64,000 nucleotides of DNA from NCBI GenBank assembly GCA_951406725.2, contig OX597817.1, positions 87,048,001 to 87,112,000 of the forward strand. The letters run 5' to 3'. The position numbers were made by a program, and so were the translations under genes. The notes under the pieces are model-generated. The model was not told the DNA's origin. It saw only the letters and a program-made list of their open reading frames with translations, and searched no databases. Origin of the DNA: Octopus vulgaris. Lineage: Eukaryota. Positions within the stretch are counted from its first letter, which is position 1. Each line of letters starts with the position of its first letter. This document shows positions 12,251 through 26,485 of this stretch, in pieces.

Positions 12251-13440
12251 TATAGGTTTGTCAGATAAATTTTTCCGTTTTTCCCCATTTATTTTGATCC
12301 TAAATTTTTCACCGATATCTTTAACAAATCAGTTAATGATATATTCTCCTTCATTATTCACGGCATCTTCCTATCTTTCCAACAACTTGGCAACGCTTTG
12401 ACAGTAGCAATCACCCAAGTCTTGACTGGAAGAATTCATCGAGCCACGTTGTTGTTGAACGAGACGCCTTACAGACTTTTAGGAAGAGACCGGAAAAGGT
12501 AATAATCTGAAGAAAGTATATTAGGAGAATATGACGGGTGTGGTAGATCTTCCCAGCAAGGTTCTTGAATAGTAGTTTTAAAGAAATTAGCGACGTGGGG
12601 CGATCATTGTCGTGTTGAAAAAGCACGCCATTGTCACCGCACGATGCCTTTCAGCTGGATTATCTTTGCACAGAAGGCGTGGTTGCTTTCAAACATTCCG
12701 TAATGGATTAGCTCTTCCCAATTCCACTAAATGTAGATCGTTGCCTTGTGTGGATGCAGCTCCGGCTCGGCTCGAAACGCTGTTTGTCGGGACTCAGCCA
12801 TTCTGCCCTCTGATTCATATTGAGGAAAGACACCATTTTACATCAGCAATGACGATGCGGTACAAAAATCTCTATGTTCACCAGTAGCCTGTTGTCGAGC
12901 GAGTAAACTGCCAGGGATAGAGGAGTGCTTGAACTTTTCACTTTCGTTCAGAGTGTAAGGCGCTAATGCATCGAATTTTTGGACGTTACCCATCGAGTGA
13001 AGGTGAGGGGCGACGGTATCATGAGTGCAGCTCGTCTGCTGGGCCAATCTCGAGGTTTGATGCGGGTCCTCGTGGATGAGCTGGTTCAATTGATCGAACT
13101 GAACAAGACGGCTAGAACGCGGAGAATTTGTATCCCCTCCTTGAAGCGTGGGAACCATTTTGAGCAGTTCTTTCAGTAATATCTTGTAGCCTACTATGGC
13201 AGCTTTGGAACCTTGATTAAAAACAAAGAGAAGCAGATGTCGAAAATGCTGATATTGTCACTCCATTATTATACACCTGAAAAGACGTAAAATTTATTCA
13301 AATTTCAAAAAAGGTTAAGCAAAATTTGTAGAGCAAGAGCAGTGCCACACAAAAAATTAAAAGACTAAAATAAAAAATATTTTTCGTGTTAATTCAAATA
13401 ACGTTGAAGAAAACGAACGAATTTATCTGACAACTTAATA
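12251..13440 (-). mobile_element. Decayed mariner transposon with both terminal inverted repeats (TIRs)
   Basis: TIR core TTGTCAGATAAATT near 12258 and inverted AATTTATCTGACAA near 13420; transposase remnants PRSSR..FD..L..LIHEDP.QT, FQHDN.RP and a frameshifted HPPYSPDL region. Confidence 0.9.
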
Positions 13441-13488
13441 TAGAGGACAGGATTCCACACACGTTCTATCAAATTCATTACCATTCTA

Positions 13489-13706
13489 TCTTTTATCGTT
13501 TTACTTGTTTCAGTCATTAGACTGCGGCCATGCTGGGGCGCCGCCTTGAGGAATTTTAGTGGAACTAATCGACCCCAGTACTTATTTTCTTTTAAGTCAA
13601 GGACTTATACTATCGGTCTCTTTTGAGGAACCGCTAAATTACGGGTACGTAAATACACCAACATGTGGTAGTGGGTGAGAAACACAAACACAAAAACACT
13701 AGCACG

Positions 13707-13751
<45 letters not shown>

Positions 13752-13828
13752 GACGAGCTTCTTTCAGTTTCCGTCCACCAAATCCATTCACAAGGATTTA
13801 GTTGGCCCAGGGCTATAGTAGAAGACAT
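13489..13828 (-). mobile_element. SINE family A, 5'-truncated
   Basis: TTTTACTTGTTTCAGTCAT..GACTGCGGCCATGCTGG tail and internal (CA)n as in 30132, 38151 and 53704. Confidence 0.85.
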
Positions 13829-14190
13829 AAAAGGCAGCTGTTTCACTTTTAGATTAGAATTAACCTCCAGTGGTGGGAATATACCGTATTAGAGTCATTC
13901 CTTGAGCAGCTGCAAAATAAGTGAAAGAAATACAACTTGGATTTGATCCCGAGACGCGTTGCTAGCTTTCAGGCAGTGAACCGTCCGTACTAAGGCATCT
14001 TCTTTTATACATATATGTTCATACTTTGGTATACACATATAAATATACATGTGTGTGCACGTGAGCGTGTGCATATACAGAGAAAAAGAGAGAGAGAGGT
14101 GTCTATACACATTTCATGCATATGTGTGCGTGTGTGTGGGTGCGTGGGTGTACGTGTGTGTAACACCAGAAGGAAAGAAATGTGTACGTA

Positions 14191-14233
<43 letters not shown>

Positions 14234-14726
14234 GTAAACATATAGGCAATTCTTTGCCGTACAATGTAAAAGTTATGTTCTGATTCAAAGTGCAGCAGAA
14301 GTTGTATTGAATTAAACAAGAAATTTCAATAAGAGGAATCTAATTCAATGTCCACCACGTAATAGGTTTGTGTTGTACTTACTAAAAGGCCAAGAAATCG
14401 ATTATCTTCTCAAAAATCACATTTCTGCGACATAAGGGCAGCATTAATAGCGAATTTCGAGTAATATTCAAGACATTTTTGTTGCCACTATTGAGATATT
14501 TCAAACATATTCTCTGCTTGTGAAATGTCGTTAATGAGTTCTTATGCAAAATATTCAACTGGTTAGCATTTTCATAGTGCTCATTCGCAGGAAGCTCGGA
14601 ATAGAATGAAGAAAAAATCGTGTCTCTAGCAAGAAATAGTTGCAGAGAAAGAAGTAAGAGTAAATAAATGTATTGAAAGAACCTGGTCATAATGCTCGCT
14701 TCTCATATTTCTCTGTCAAACAAATA

Positions 14727-14998
14727 TACATACACACATACATACATACATACATACATACATACATACACACATACACACATACATATACATACATACA
14801 TACATACATACATACATACATACATACATACATACACACATACATACATACATACACACATACACACATACATATATACATACATACATACATACATACA
14901 TACATACATACATACATACACACATACATACATACATACATACATACATACATACATACATACATACATACATGTATATATGTATGTATGAATTTAGA

Positions 14999-15034
<36 letters not shown>

Positions 15035-15045
15035 TGAGTGAGTGT
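14727..15045. repeat. (CATA)n, (TG)n and (GA)n microsatellites
   Basis: Directly visible. Confidence 0.95.
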
Positions 15046-15177
15046 ATGTACACTTATCGAGTTATCTATACACACACATGTTCAGAGATTCAGTATAATC
15101 TATAATACCTGAAACCATCTAAAAACCAAAGAATCTAGTTCTTATACACGCACAAGATAACATAAATATCACATACG

Positions 15178-15252
<75 letters not shown>

Positions 15253-15364
15253 CCCACACACATATGTATACATGCATATACATAAACATGTATGTATATA
15301 TATGCAAGTATATATAAATACATATATATACACAGACAAAGATCTACACTCTATTTACATATGC

Positions 15365-15408
<44 letters not shown>

Positions 15409-15578
15409 ATAAATATAACTATACACATGTTCATATATGTATATATGCATGTACATATACACACGAGCACCGACACATATACTTACATTCACTCATTGGC
15501 TCTTTGTGCGTGCTAGCACAGTCTCGTTGTTATATGAAACACAAACACACACACATACACATACCCTGATACGGACAC

Positions 15579-15626
<48 letters not shown>

Positions 15627-16142
15627 GGACGCACAAACATACATATACAAACTTATACACAGGCCAACAGTTACAACTCTATAACTTTAGATGTTTTATT
15701 GATCGGTACGTCACGTAGTGAAACCAGAGAAACTGCACTTATTCCAGAGAAGCGTAAAGTCTGATAACCTCTCCAAATACCCAATGGATAAGTGACATAA
15801 ATGGTCAATACTCAGAGTAACCAACTGATATTCTTACATCTCATTAATATGTACAAATCAGGGTTGGTGTATATTTAATTCGTTCTGCACGAAATAATTA
15901 TACATACAACACACACACAAACACAAACGCACACGTCTATATGTATATATGCATATTTGTATATGCAAACGCATATATTCTTACATATATAAATATGTGT
16001 GCATATGCATATATGCATATATGCATATATGCATATATATATATATATACACGTGTATGTATTCATATATAGACATATATACATCCATTCATATATAAAT
16101 ACATACATACATTATGTTTGTATGTGTGCATGTATCTATGTA

Positions 16143-16207
<65 letters not shown>

Positions 16208-16803
16208 GTACATACATACATACATACATACATACATACATACATACATACATACATACATACATACATACATGCATACGTCCCCTCCCCCAAATTTCTG
16301 GTCTTGTGCCTAGAGTAGAAAAGAATATATATTTAGACACAGCAGTTAAGATTTATCTTCGAAAGCGTAAGATAAATATCAACTGATTGAAGTATGGGTT
16401 TTAAACCATCCGCTATAGAATTTTAAACTCTCTTGAGAATCATTTACTTGTTTCATAATTCAGTGGACATTGATTAGAGGAAGCCCCACATTCCATCGCT
16501 TAACATACGGTATGCAGTCCAGTTTAGCCATGGCAGGTAATTTCTGGCTTGATATAAATAGCGATTACTACATACTCTGTTTATGGACAGAAGAATCGAT
16601 GCGGATACTTTGTCAGTGATGAGCAGTCAAGGATTCTTGAAATATATCAGAACAATCCTCTATTTTTTTCTATGTACGAAGAGAGTAGTAAGTGGATTCA
16701 CAACTGCTCAAATTTCTATAGCTGAAGTCATGAAAACTTCAGGCATATATTTACATATACATGCGTGTGTGTGTATGCACACACACACACATACACACAC
16801 ACA

Positions 16804-16858
<55 letters not shown>

Positions 16859-17154
16859 ACACACACACACATACACACACACACACACAGAGAAATATTC
16901 ATATATGTCTGATTTAGGACTCGAGTAACTTAATGGTCTATTTATGAGTTAGCAGGATTGAAATCTTGGAAGTAATGTAGGATTAAAGATTACTTGGGGA
17001 ATTGGAGAGTATTGTGTGAATCAGAACAATCTGTGTTTAATTTGTACTTATGTGGTACGTTGCTCGATAGAAAGAAACCATAGATAGGGATGGAGAGAAA
17101 ATAGCACCGGCAGATATAGATAGATAGAGAGAGAGGGGGGGAGAAAGAGAGAGA

Positions 17155-17226
<72 letters not shown>

Positions 17227-18029
17227 CCTTGTAAATTACTTAGCATATGTTTCTGAAGCTGAGACAATAGAGGACCAATAGAAGATGAAGTGTCAAATGT
17301 ATCGCCTTGTTCTACAGGCGGAATATTTTGCACACTTATTTATGCGATAAAATGTTTGGTGTCCATCTAAGACACCATTAAGAAGACAAATCATAATGGT
17401 CCATAACTAATTGAATCGAAAATATTAGTTCATAAGCATATCCTTGTCAGTATGCTTTGTGCCACGTCCTGTGGAGTTTGAGATATACAGTATATGCGTT
17501 CTGGTATTGAGTGTATTCATAATTCATAAGACACCAATCGAGGGAAGAAATACTCAGTATTAAAGAGACGTGTTTGCCATTAGGAAGAATATCTTTTTAT
17601 GTTATCTCCGACACATTCCACTAAAGTTTGTAATGAACCAAACAAATTACAAGATATAGTTTTGATTTTCTGAGATATCTAAAATGAATGTATGTGTACG
17701 TGTATGTACGTGTTTGTATGTGTTTGTGTTGTAGTGTTTGTGTGTGTGTGTGTGTGAGTGGGGTTCCGTGTGTGGCACACATTTGCTTGCTTCCTTTTAT
17801 GAGACTAGTATCTGTAAATATAAGAATCGAAGAATTTAGTGCGAAGATGTACCAAATCAAATCCAGATAACAAAGCTCTATTTAAATTTAATTACCAAAG
17901 TGGATTTTCGCAATTGGAGAACTGATTGTTGCAAACAAGATGAATTGACAAGAGAAGAAATCTCCAAGCGAATATTTGTTGTGTGCACGAAGATAAAGAC
18001 TTTGAGAACAAAATGAATGGAGAATAAAA

Positions 18030-18545
18030 TTATTTTAGCAGCGTAGAACAAGGTTTGTCTTAGCAACGTAGAATAAGATTTGTTTTGGTATCGTGGAATG
18101 AATTTGATCTAGGCAGCATGAAACAGGGTTGTCTTGGCAGCATGGAATAAAGCTACGTTGGTAGCGTAGAATATGATTGATTGCCTGGTAGCATGGAATA
18201 AGGTTTGTCTTGGTATTGTAGAATATGGTTGTCTTGGTAAAGTGAATTATGGTTTGTGTGTGTGGAAGAAGGATTGTCTGGGCAGCACGAAGCAAGGTTG
18301 TCTTAGCAACAAGGAATAAGATTTGTCTTGATATCGTGGAATAAGGTTTGTCTTGGCAACGTGAAATAAAGTTTGTCTTGGCAACATAAAACAAGGTGTG
18401 TTGGCACCGTGGAATAAGGTTGCCTTGGCAATGTTAAATAAAGTTCGTCTTGACAGCGTAAAATATGGCTTGTGTTGAAAGCATAGAATACGGTTTGACT
18501 TAGTAGCATGAAATAATATTACCTTGGCAGTGTGGAATAATGTTT
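18030..18545. repeat. Degenerate ~26-bp minisatellite, about 20 units
   Basis: Consensus approximately TTGTCTTGGCAGCATGGAATAAGGT. Confidence 0.85.
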
Positions 18546-18579
18546 TTGAGAGGATTAGCAATACTTGTATAGTCGATGC

Positions 18580-18890
18580 TTTTTAAAAAGATTTAACAAA
18601 GATTGTGAACTTTTACTTAGTAAATGGGAAGGGAGGAAATGTAGAGCTGTAATTGTTTGTAAGATAGTTAAGTTTGTTGTTATTTCATGTTACTTCATGA
18701 ATTTTTATTTAAGGAAAGGTTTCGTTCAAAGTTTCTAATGGTATTTGTCAAATCAGTTTTCGTAAATTTGTATCCGCTCCAAGAAGGCTTAATTCAACAT
18801 ATATTTCCCTATGGTGTGGGAAAAAAATGCTTTAGTTCCATTTACAATATAGAACCAGAGTCTCTTTGACGTTGAACCTAGTCATTCCAT
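18580..18890 (-). pseudogene. Possible highly decayed Penelope-like linker/GIY-YIG remnant
   Basis: Broken resemblance to WFNP...LIDKHFP..H and RY.NH..SF motifs; many stops and frameshifts. Confidence 0.3.
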
Positions 18891-19871
18891 TTTATTTATT
18901 CGTCTCCATGACATCAATTGACAGTAGTTCTCTTTTCTGGGAAATGGGTTATGCGTAAAAAATAGTTAAATACATACATACATGCGCGTGCGCACATATA
19001 TGGAAGTTTAAAAATGCTGTTTAATTTCTAGTGTTCCCCAGGCTAAAATAGATTTGTATTCAGAAATAAAACTAATAAACATCACATCTTTGCACAGCTT
19101 TATACATACATGAAAGAGCGAAAAAAAAAAAAAATTGCATCTCATGTAAGCTTGCTTTCCTATGTGTTAAATTCAATAGATATGGATATACAAAATCACT
19201 CAATATTATTTTTAATATAATTTTATTGATATCTTGTATTTCAGTTCACATATCCACATATCCTGCTAATGTATCCACACAAGAACTCGTTCATAGCACT
19301 TACAAAAAGCAAAATAGGACAGCAGATATTTTGATAGTGCAAACAAAACTAAGGTAACAGAGATACAACAATACAACCTCAGAGAGACAAATTTATATAT
19401 GTTACTATAATGTTAAAAAAATATATAAAAGATGTCAAGAGGTCACAACAGATATAGAAAATGCGCCAATAGCAAAGTAAGATTCTCTCCAGCATAACGA
19501 TAATAATGTTTGAAACATTCACAATTCATGTAGAAAGGAGGAGTGGACGGTGGCAGATGATGTTATCTTACGGATGATGGTGACTAGTGGAACTAGTGTG
19601 GATAAAGGTCAGTGCTGCTCTCCCCCAGATTAGAAGTTTGGGAAACCACTTCTGAGTTCCTGATAGTCAAAGCAACGGCCAGTACAGCAATCATTATAGG
19701 GTTAGTCAAGGTATAGGGAAGGGACGTAATTACGGTGGCTGTTGACGTGACTTCAACTGAATGTAAATTGAGCGGGGTTATCAGTGACTCAGCAGTGTGG
19801 TTGTGATAGTTAGCATCATGTCAGTTTGTAAAATTCAGTTGCTGCTTTTATCGGCTCATCTACATTTCGGT

Positions 19872-19958
<87 letters not shown>

Positions 19959-21387
19959 GTCTATCTGTCTGTCTGTCTGTTCATTTCTCCATTTATTTAT
20001 CGCCAGAATTTGACTGGTGCTTTATTCTATCGAGCTGGCAGAGATGAACACTAAAATTGACCTCAGCGAAAACTGAGCACCGAACGTAAAAAGATCATTT
20101 ACCGCAGGGCATTTCTACCAGTTTACTTTTCTAAACTGTGCAGATAGCCACGATTTCAAGATGTATAATTGCAGAGGAAATCAACACACAATCACGCGTG
20201 TAGACACACATCTGTATCTGGATTTCCGAGAGTGCTACGTGTTGGAGTAAAACGGCTTTTTCTTAATTAAGCAATCAATAAGTATAGGTACATATTTTTG
20301 ATGTTTTATTAATTATCTCTTTTTATATGTATATATTTTAATGAAGTGACAATTTATAAATTCAGATAAAAATTGGTATTTAAATTTTTTATCTACATAT
20401 TTGAGGAAACGAGCCAAAACACATCCGTTCTGTCTAGATCCTAGCTTCCAATTTTATTCAATTAAATTGACCCCAGTTATTAACTTGGCACGCATTTAAT
20501 CGGTCACTATTCATCTAATGGCTGTATTTACCTGGATTAGGCACATCTCTTAAAAAGTGTGTTGCCTCTCTTTAGGGAATAAATACAAAAGCTTTAAACT
20601 GGTTCATACGATTACAAACAACTTTAGACACGAGTACTCCCCTTACACACACACCCACACACACACACACATACGCACAATGAGCGAGCTTCTGCTTATT
20701 TGCATCAAGCAAATTTCATTCACAAGGCTTTGGTCGATTCCAGACATTCGCCTGCTTTGAGTGTCAAATAGTAGGACTGAACTCCAAACCGATAATTCCG
20801 AGATGAATTTTTAACCACAAGGCCACATGCCTGCTAATAGTTTTGAAGAAGTAAAAATCTATGTACTGGTTTTGAAGACGTAAGAATCTACATGTTTGTG
20901 ATATATCTGGCCTGTATAAAAGCCATTTTTCTCAGCGATTTGCTATGTAGAAAATTCTCATTTAAGCAATAGTCCTCATTTAAGCAATAAGCCTCAGTCA
21001 TCTCGAAACGCCCGGTAGTTCAATAATGCAATTCTAGCCATTTGAATATCATTTACTGGGTACTACGCAAGAGAGACAACACTGAGATGACATTGGAAGC
21101 TATAACTTCCATAATAGACAATCATCAAAAAACTATTTGCCGACTCATGCGCTCAGCCACAGAGTAGAATGAATTATATATTATGCACACTAGGCAATGC
21201 TGTTAACTAAATAAACTTTTCAATCAGTTCAGATACGTTTGCGACGTATTTCACCTCTAAAAAGACCACTTTTCACTGTATTAGTGACATAAGCAAATTT
21301 AAACTTAAACTACTCGAGAAACGAAATGGCATCGCAGTCTCAACCACAGAAACTGCTGTATACGGCAATCATTGATATCAATTATTG

Positions 21388-21661
21388 TGTTCCTTCTCGA
21401 GTCATGCCTGGTTCATCAGGGCCGGTTTCCCGGTTTCCTTAACGTATAGGTTCTCCAGCTGGACGGGACACCGGTCCGACGCAGGTGAGCTGCAAGATGC
21501 AGGAAGAAAGAATGAGAGAAAGTTGTGGCGAAAGAGTCAGCAGAAGTTTCGCCATTAGCTTCTACCGGAGCCGCAAGGAGCTTAGGTGTTTCGCTCATAA
21601 ACACACACACATCGCCCGGTCTGAGATTCGAACCCGCGATTCCTCTAGGCCATGTGCCTCC
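21388..21661 (-). mobile_element. SINE family C
   Basis: GGGTTCGAATCTC B box on the minus strand; GGGCCGGTTTCCCGG tail. Confidence 0.85.
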
Positions 21662-22349
21662 ACGATATTAATTATACGTAACCGATATTAATTATACGTA
21701 ACCTATGGTTATGTTTCCAAGTTCCATATAACTCTTAATCAGTGACTGTGAAAATATCTGGCATCTGAAAATTATGTTTTTCCCATTAATAATTTCTTTT
21801 TGTATCACAGATGAAAGCATTCCTGGAAACTTCTTTCACAGATTTAAACATTGCCGTTTGTATTGAAGAAATTTATTTAAGTCAAACCTCATATAACCAG
21901 GCATTCTTTAAACGGCAAGAATATCTCAAAACATGGAATACATTTCAAGTATATTATTTTGAAACAGATTGATTCAATCTTTGCTGAAAACACGGCATTA
22001 ACCTGTAATAATAAGCTCTGTTCATTTTTCTGTTTTCTTTTTGTTTTACGTTCACATTTCACTTGTACCTGAAAACCATTTTATAGAAAGAATACGTTGC
22101 TGTTTTAGCAACAGAACATGTGCGACTCTATAAAAGCTGAAAAAAGATCAAAAGATTAATCATAGTGAACTCTGTTTGTGGTGAAGATAAATTTGTCACG
22201 TATGATTCAAGCATTACACGCGGACTCTTAGCTAGAGATCTTAAGAAACCTGTTCTCCTTTTCAGTATGCGTTTTCTTAAGATTATCAATTGAAAACAAT
22301 ACCGATACAAAATAATAATTATTGAGCTAAACAATAAAAATAATAACCA

Positions 22350-22562
22350 TTTTAAAGTTTTGCCACAAGGGTAGCTAGGGGTGAAGGGGATTAAGTCGAA
22401 TACATCGACCCCGGTGCCTAACTGATACTTTTTTAATCGATCCTGAAAGGATGAAAGGCAAAATCGAGCTTGGCAGAATTTGAACTCAGAATATAAACAC
22501 TGACAAAATGCTGTTAAGTAATTTTGCTCGGCGTGCTAACGATTCTGCCAGCTCGCCGCCTT
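22350..22562 (-). mobile_element. SINE family B
   Basis: Minus strand GGCGGCGAGCTGGCAGAATCGTTAGCACGCC...GAGTTCAAATTC. Confidence 0.9.
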
Positions 22563-22609
22563 AATAATAATGATAACAAGAGTACCCAAAAAGCACAGAC
22601 CTCCGCCAA

Positions 22610-23654
22610 TGTTTATTTATTTTGGCACTACGGCCACAACACAGAGGCGACACACTACAAAGACACCATAGTAAAGACAAAAAAACATAAAACCAATGAG
22701 ATGTTATATAAAATTGAAAAATGAAATGGCTGTATGGGCCCTACTCCCATGCCGTACGATTTGAACGTTTATATAAACTATTTACAATCGTTCTATTATC
22801 TTATTGGTTTTCTAATTTTTTCCTCTTTTTTAAATATGAAACAATTTTACTTTTTTCCCTTCTTTCTTCAATAAAGCAATATTACTTCATCGGGCAGCAC
22901 TATCTCGTCAACAATTCTGTTTAGGTCTTCAACTGTTGCTTGAACGGTTAACTCTGTTCCATATCCCCAGTAGTTAACCCTTTGGGTTCTTGTGGTCTTC
23001 AGTATCTTGGCCTCCTCATTCATGTCAAACATTATGGCTGTCATCAGCCATGCTTCTTTCATCTCTGGGGGGCACTTTGCCAACTCTCCCGCTGGCCACA
23101 CATTTACCACAGTACAATGGCGAAATTGCCCATTCTTCCAATCTTCTTGCCACCGTTGAGTGCTTAATTGCTTCCCCTTCTGATGCAAAACGCACCTCCA
23201 CAGTAGCGTACTTTCTCCCTCTTGTTATAAATGTGGTTAGGCCTTTTATATTCTTTAAACATTCTTCAATAGCCTCTATTGTTGCAATTTCTATTTTCCT
23301 TGTTGCTTTCTTCATTGTCTTATATACCACCGTTTTTTCCATTACGTTGACTGTTAGTTCCACAGGTGGCGTTAATTTCAGTGTATTTCCAACAACGTCT
23401 CGCATTTCTTCATTTTTCGAGGTTCAACATTTATTTCTCGTACCTCCAGCGTCTCTGCGTCTATCCCTTTTCCAGTTGCAGCCACATAACTGTCGCTACC
23501 TGCTGGAGTTTTCTCTATTTTTCCACAATGGGAAAAAACAATTCAAAATAAGACTAGCAACAATTTGAACAGTAACAATCAATTGAACAAATATTTAACA
23601 CTATGTCTTACGTCTAACACGACAAAAAAACAACTTAAGCCGCCTGTGACACGA
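22610..23654 (-). mobile_element. Internally deleted Tx1/L1-like retroelement (ORF1 N-terminal remnant plus 3' UTR) with 11-bp TSD
   Basis: ORF 23025-23405 (EKTVVYKT...FITRGRKYATVEVRFASE); 3' end with AATAAA resembles 61455-61500; ACCTCCGCCAA at 22599-22609 and 23655-23665. Confidence 0.65.
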
Positions 23655-23849
23655 ACCTCCGCCAAGGCAACACTAACGTCCTCTCAATGATTAGCCGGAG
23701 ATGAGTTTTAAAATGAGAATAACTGAAATAAACTCGACTGTTTTCACAAACGAGAATACTAAAAATGAACCCGACAACTCTCAGAAATCGAGTAAAAGAA
23801 ACGGATAAATAATCCAGAATCCTTGTCCGGTACGTGATCGATCCCAATG

Positions 23850-24075
23850 GTAGTCATGGAATGTGAAGGTGAGTGTGTCGTCTGCAGTGGAACAGGGAAG
23901 TTTCTCTATGAAGGCCTTTTTTTAGTCTATCCACTGATATAGTGTCTTTACGACCATTAAAGTCTATAGTGAAAACTTTATTCGTACGTGAAAGAAAACG
24001 GAGAAGACCTGCATACGGTGTTGTTAATGGAAGTTTAACAACATCGTTGCACACAAAAATGTGAGTTCAAGAAGT
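23850..24075 (-). pseudogene. Gypsy/Ty3 integrase C-terminal (GPY/F) fragment
   Basis: ND.VK.PLT.PYAG..RFLSRTNKVFTIDFNGRKDTISVDRLK. Confidence 0.85.
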
Positions 24076-24619
24076 ATAGCTTCCTTCGACCCAGAGCTAG
24101 AAATGCAATTGTCAAGTAGGTAAGTGGTTTTAAAAAGGAGTGGTATATTCAAAATTGGTAAAACTAAAAATTGACGAGTATAAATTAAATTTATTGTTAT
24201 TACTGAATAAGTTAGTGTTATTTAATTTCTAAACGGTTTGCTGCCGTTTGTTTATGTAGTTTGATTTCTCTATCCATAAGATTGAGCGTGAATAAACTTT
24301 GGAAACATCAATGCCGCCATAACTTACGTGGAAACCATGAGCATGCTTTCAAGGGAAATAATCAGAGAAAGACTTGAATGTGAACGTAAGATCGTAATAC
24401 TTCATGAAAAGTAAATATAACAAATAATCCAGAATCCTTGTCCGGTACTGGATCGATCCCAAAATCTAATCAATTCGTGCCAGTTACGAGGCCAAACATC
24501 GCTGAAATTTTCATCCGAATCCATCTAGCGGTTCTTGAAATATCTTGACCACGGACAAACAAACAAACAAACACGACTGAAAACAATACCTCCACCTTAG
24601 CGAAGGCGGAGGAAATAAT

Positions 24620-25085
24620 TATCCTTTCTAATATAAGCTCAAGGACTGAAATTTTGTGGGCAACGATTAGTCGATTACACTGACCATCAGTTCTCGATCG
24701 GTGTGAATACCATCGACTCCAGTACTCAACTGTTACTTCATCGATATCGAGTGGATGAAAGACAAAGTCGACCTCGGCATAATTTAACGAACAACTAGAG
24801 GAAAGGCCCTTAAACATTTTGTCTGGCAACGATTCTGTCCGCTCGCCGCTTTAATAATGATAAGAGGAATAATAATAGCCGTTTCAAATTTTGGACAAGA
24901 CCAGCCATTTTTAGGAGAGGCTGTTAGTATATTACATCGGCCTCAGTAGTTGACTGTTACTTTATTGAGGTCGGACCGATAAAAGGCCGAGTTAACTTTG
25001 GCATGATTTGAAACCAGAACATAAAGAAGCAGAAGATATAATGCAATTAATTTTGTCTGACTCTCTAACGATTTGCCTGTTAACC
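24620..25085 (-). mobile_element. Two decayed family B SINEs in tandem
   Basis: GGATGAAAGACAAAGTCGACCTCGGC and ACGATTCTGTCCGCTCGCCGC motifs. Confidence 0.75.
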
Positions 25086-25741
25086 GAACTTATAATTCCA
25101 AAGGTGATATAGATAAAATATATTTAGTCCACCTCACACATGAATGACGTTACCTAATAAAAGAAAAATATAACTACAACAAAATAAGAACAGCAGGGCT
25201 TGAAAAATATTTAGAATGTAACAAAGGGAAACTGCTTAATATAGTAATGAAACAAGCACAAAGAAATCCTTTTCTTTTTCTCATTCTTTCTATGTGTGTG
25301 TGCGTGCGCGTGTGTACATGAAGAAGCAACAAAATACAAATACAAACAGCAAACCAACTATACTAACATAACAAATTTAGCCTATGACAAAACATTTAAA
25401 ATAGTTAAACAAAACACAATGAAAATAGATTTATTTCCAAATCATAGTGAAGAGAAAATAAAGGAAAAATTCACTCCATAGTCAATATTTCATAAAGATT
25501 GATAGTGAGAAAGTAAATGACAGCCAAAGAGTTAACAATAGTATTGAACCAAAAGGTCTGAGCTAAAAACAGAAAAACATTTGATCAGAGACCAATGCCT
25601 AACTACTAGCAACTACAAAAATTGTTTAAGAAGGTGCTAACATCAAGTATAGGCTATGTAATAAGAATGATGAAGCGGTTGACATAATCTCCAGTTGCTT
25701 AGTCTTTGCCAAGTTTGTATATATATATATACAAACTACAA

Positions 25742-26400
25742 CACCTGTCTGTGTTCGGATTGCACAGGGGCCATCCGGACTCCCGTCTTCGCCGTGAACA
25801 AGTTTTAATCTTCTCTCTTCACTCCTTTGCGCCGAATGGACTCAATTACCCTCCTCTCTTCATCTGACTGCTCTCTCTTCACTCTTACCCACCTATCTTC
25901 TCTGATACCACTCCTACCCCACTCCCACACTCTACCCTACCCCACACCACCACACCACATCACACCACCTCACATCACTCCGTACACACTAGCACTGACA
26001 CTTCCCAGCACCCATATCACACACCATCATCCGCACACCCACAAACCATCATCCACACACGTCAAAACAAATAGCCCCTATCCACACACACATACACGCA
26101 CACATTCTCACATGCACACACACACGCGCACCTTCGTTTTGGGACCACCAATACTTTATTATATCCCCTTCTTTCAACCTCTCCTGTCAGACCTTTCTTC
26201 TAACCAGTCGCCATGCTTGACCGCTAAATCCACAAGTGTTTCTTTTTTCTCTCTCTGTTTATATTCTCTTATTCCTGTCTGTTGAAAAGCGTAGGCTCCA
26301 AACGTAAAAGAATTTTTCCCTTTCTCGAGCGTCAAACTAATACCTCTGCTTGTTGTTCATACACCTGTCTCCCTCTTTTGCTTTTCTGTGAATTTCAACT
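25742..26400 (+). mobile_element. Penelope-like element 3' end (GIY-YIG C-terminus plus terminal repeat)
   Basis: 25745-25867 translates LSVFGLHRGHPDSRLRREQVLIFSLHSFAPNGLNYPPLFI*, the RE..LIF.L....P.GLN motif; decayed HHR CTGTTGA..AGCGTAGGCT.CAAACGTA at about 26279-26308. Confidence 0.75.
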
Positions 26401-26439
26401 ATATATATACATGTAGGCACACACAAACACACACACGCG

Positions 26440-26485
<46 letters not shown>

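Larger units (their letters stand above)
22575..24616. mobile_element. Non-autonomous Helentron/DINE-like element interrupted by two insertions
   Basis: CCTCCGCC subterminal motif (22600 and 23656), internal (CAAA)n, terminal hairpin CCTCCACCTTAGCGAAGGCGGAGG at 24589-24612. Confidence 0.6.

Noticed and set aside
18030-18545. CRISPR-like array
   Set aside because: Contiguous degenerate units with no unique spacers, eukaryotic context, no cas genes
19293-19350. Possible short minus-strand host exon (ttaccttag...gtaagt)
   Set aside because: Splice-like signals only; no recognisable protein or partner exons
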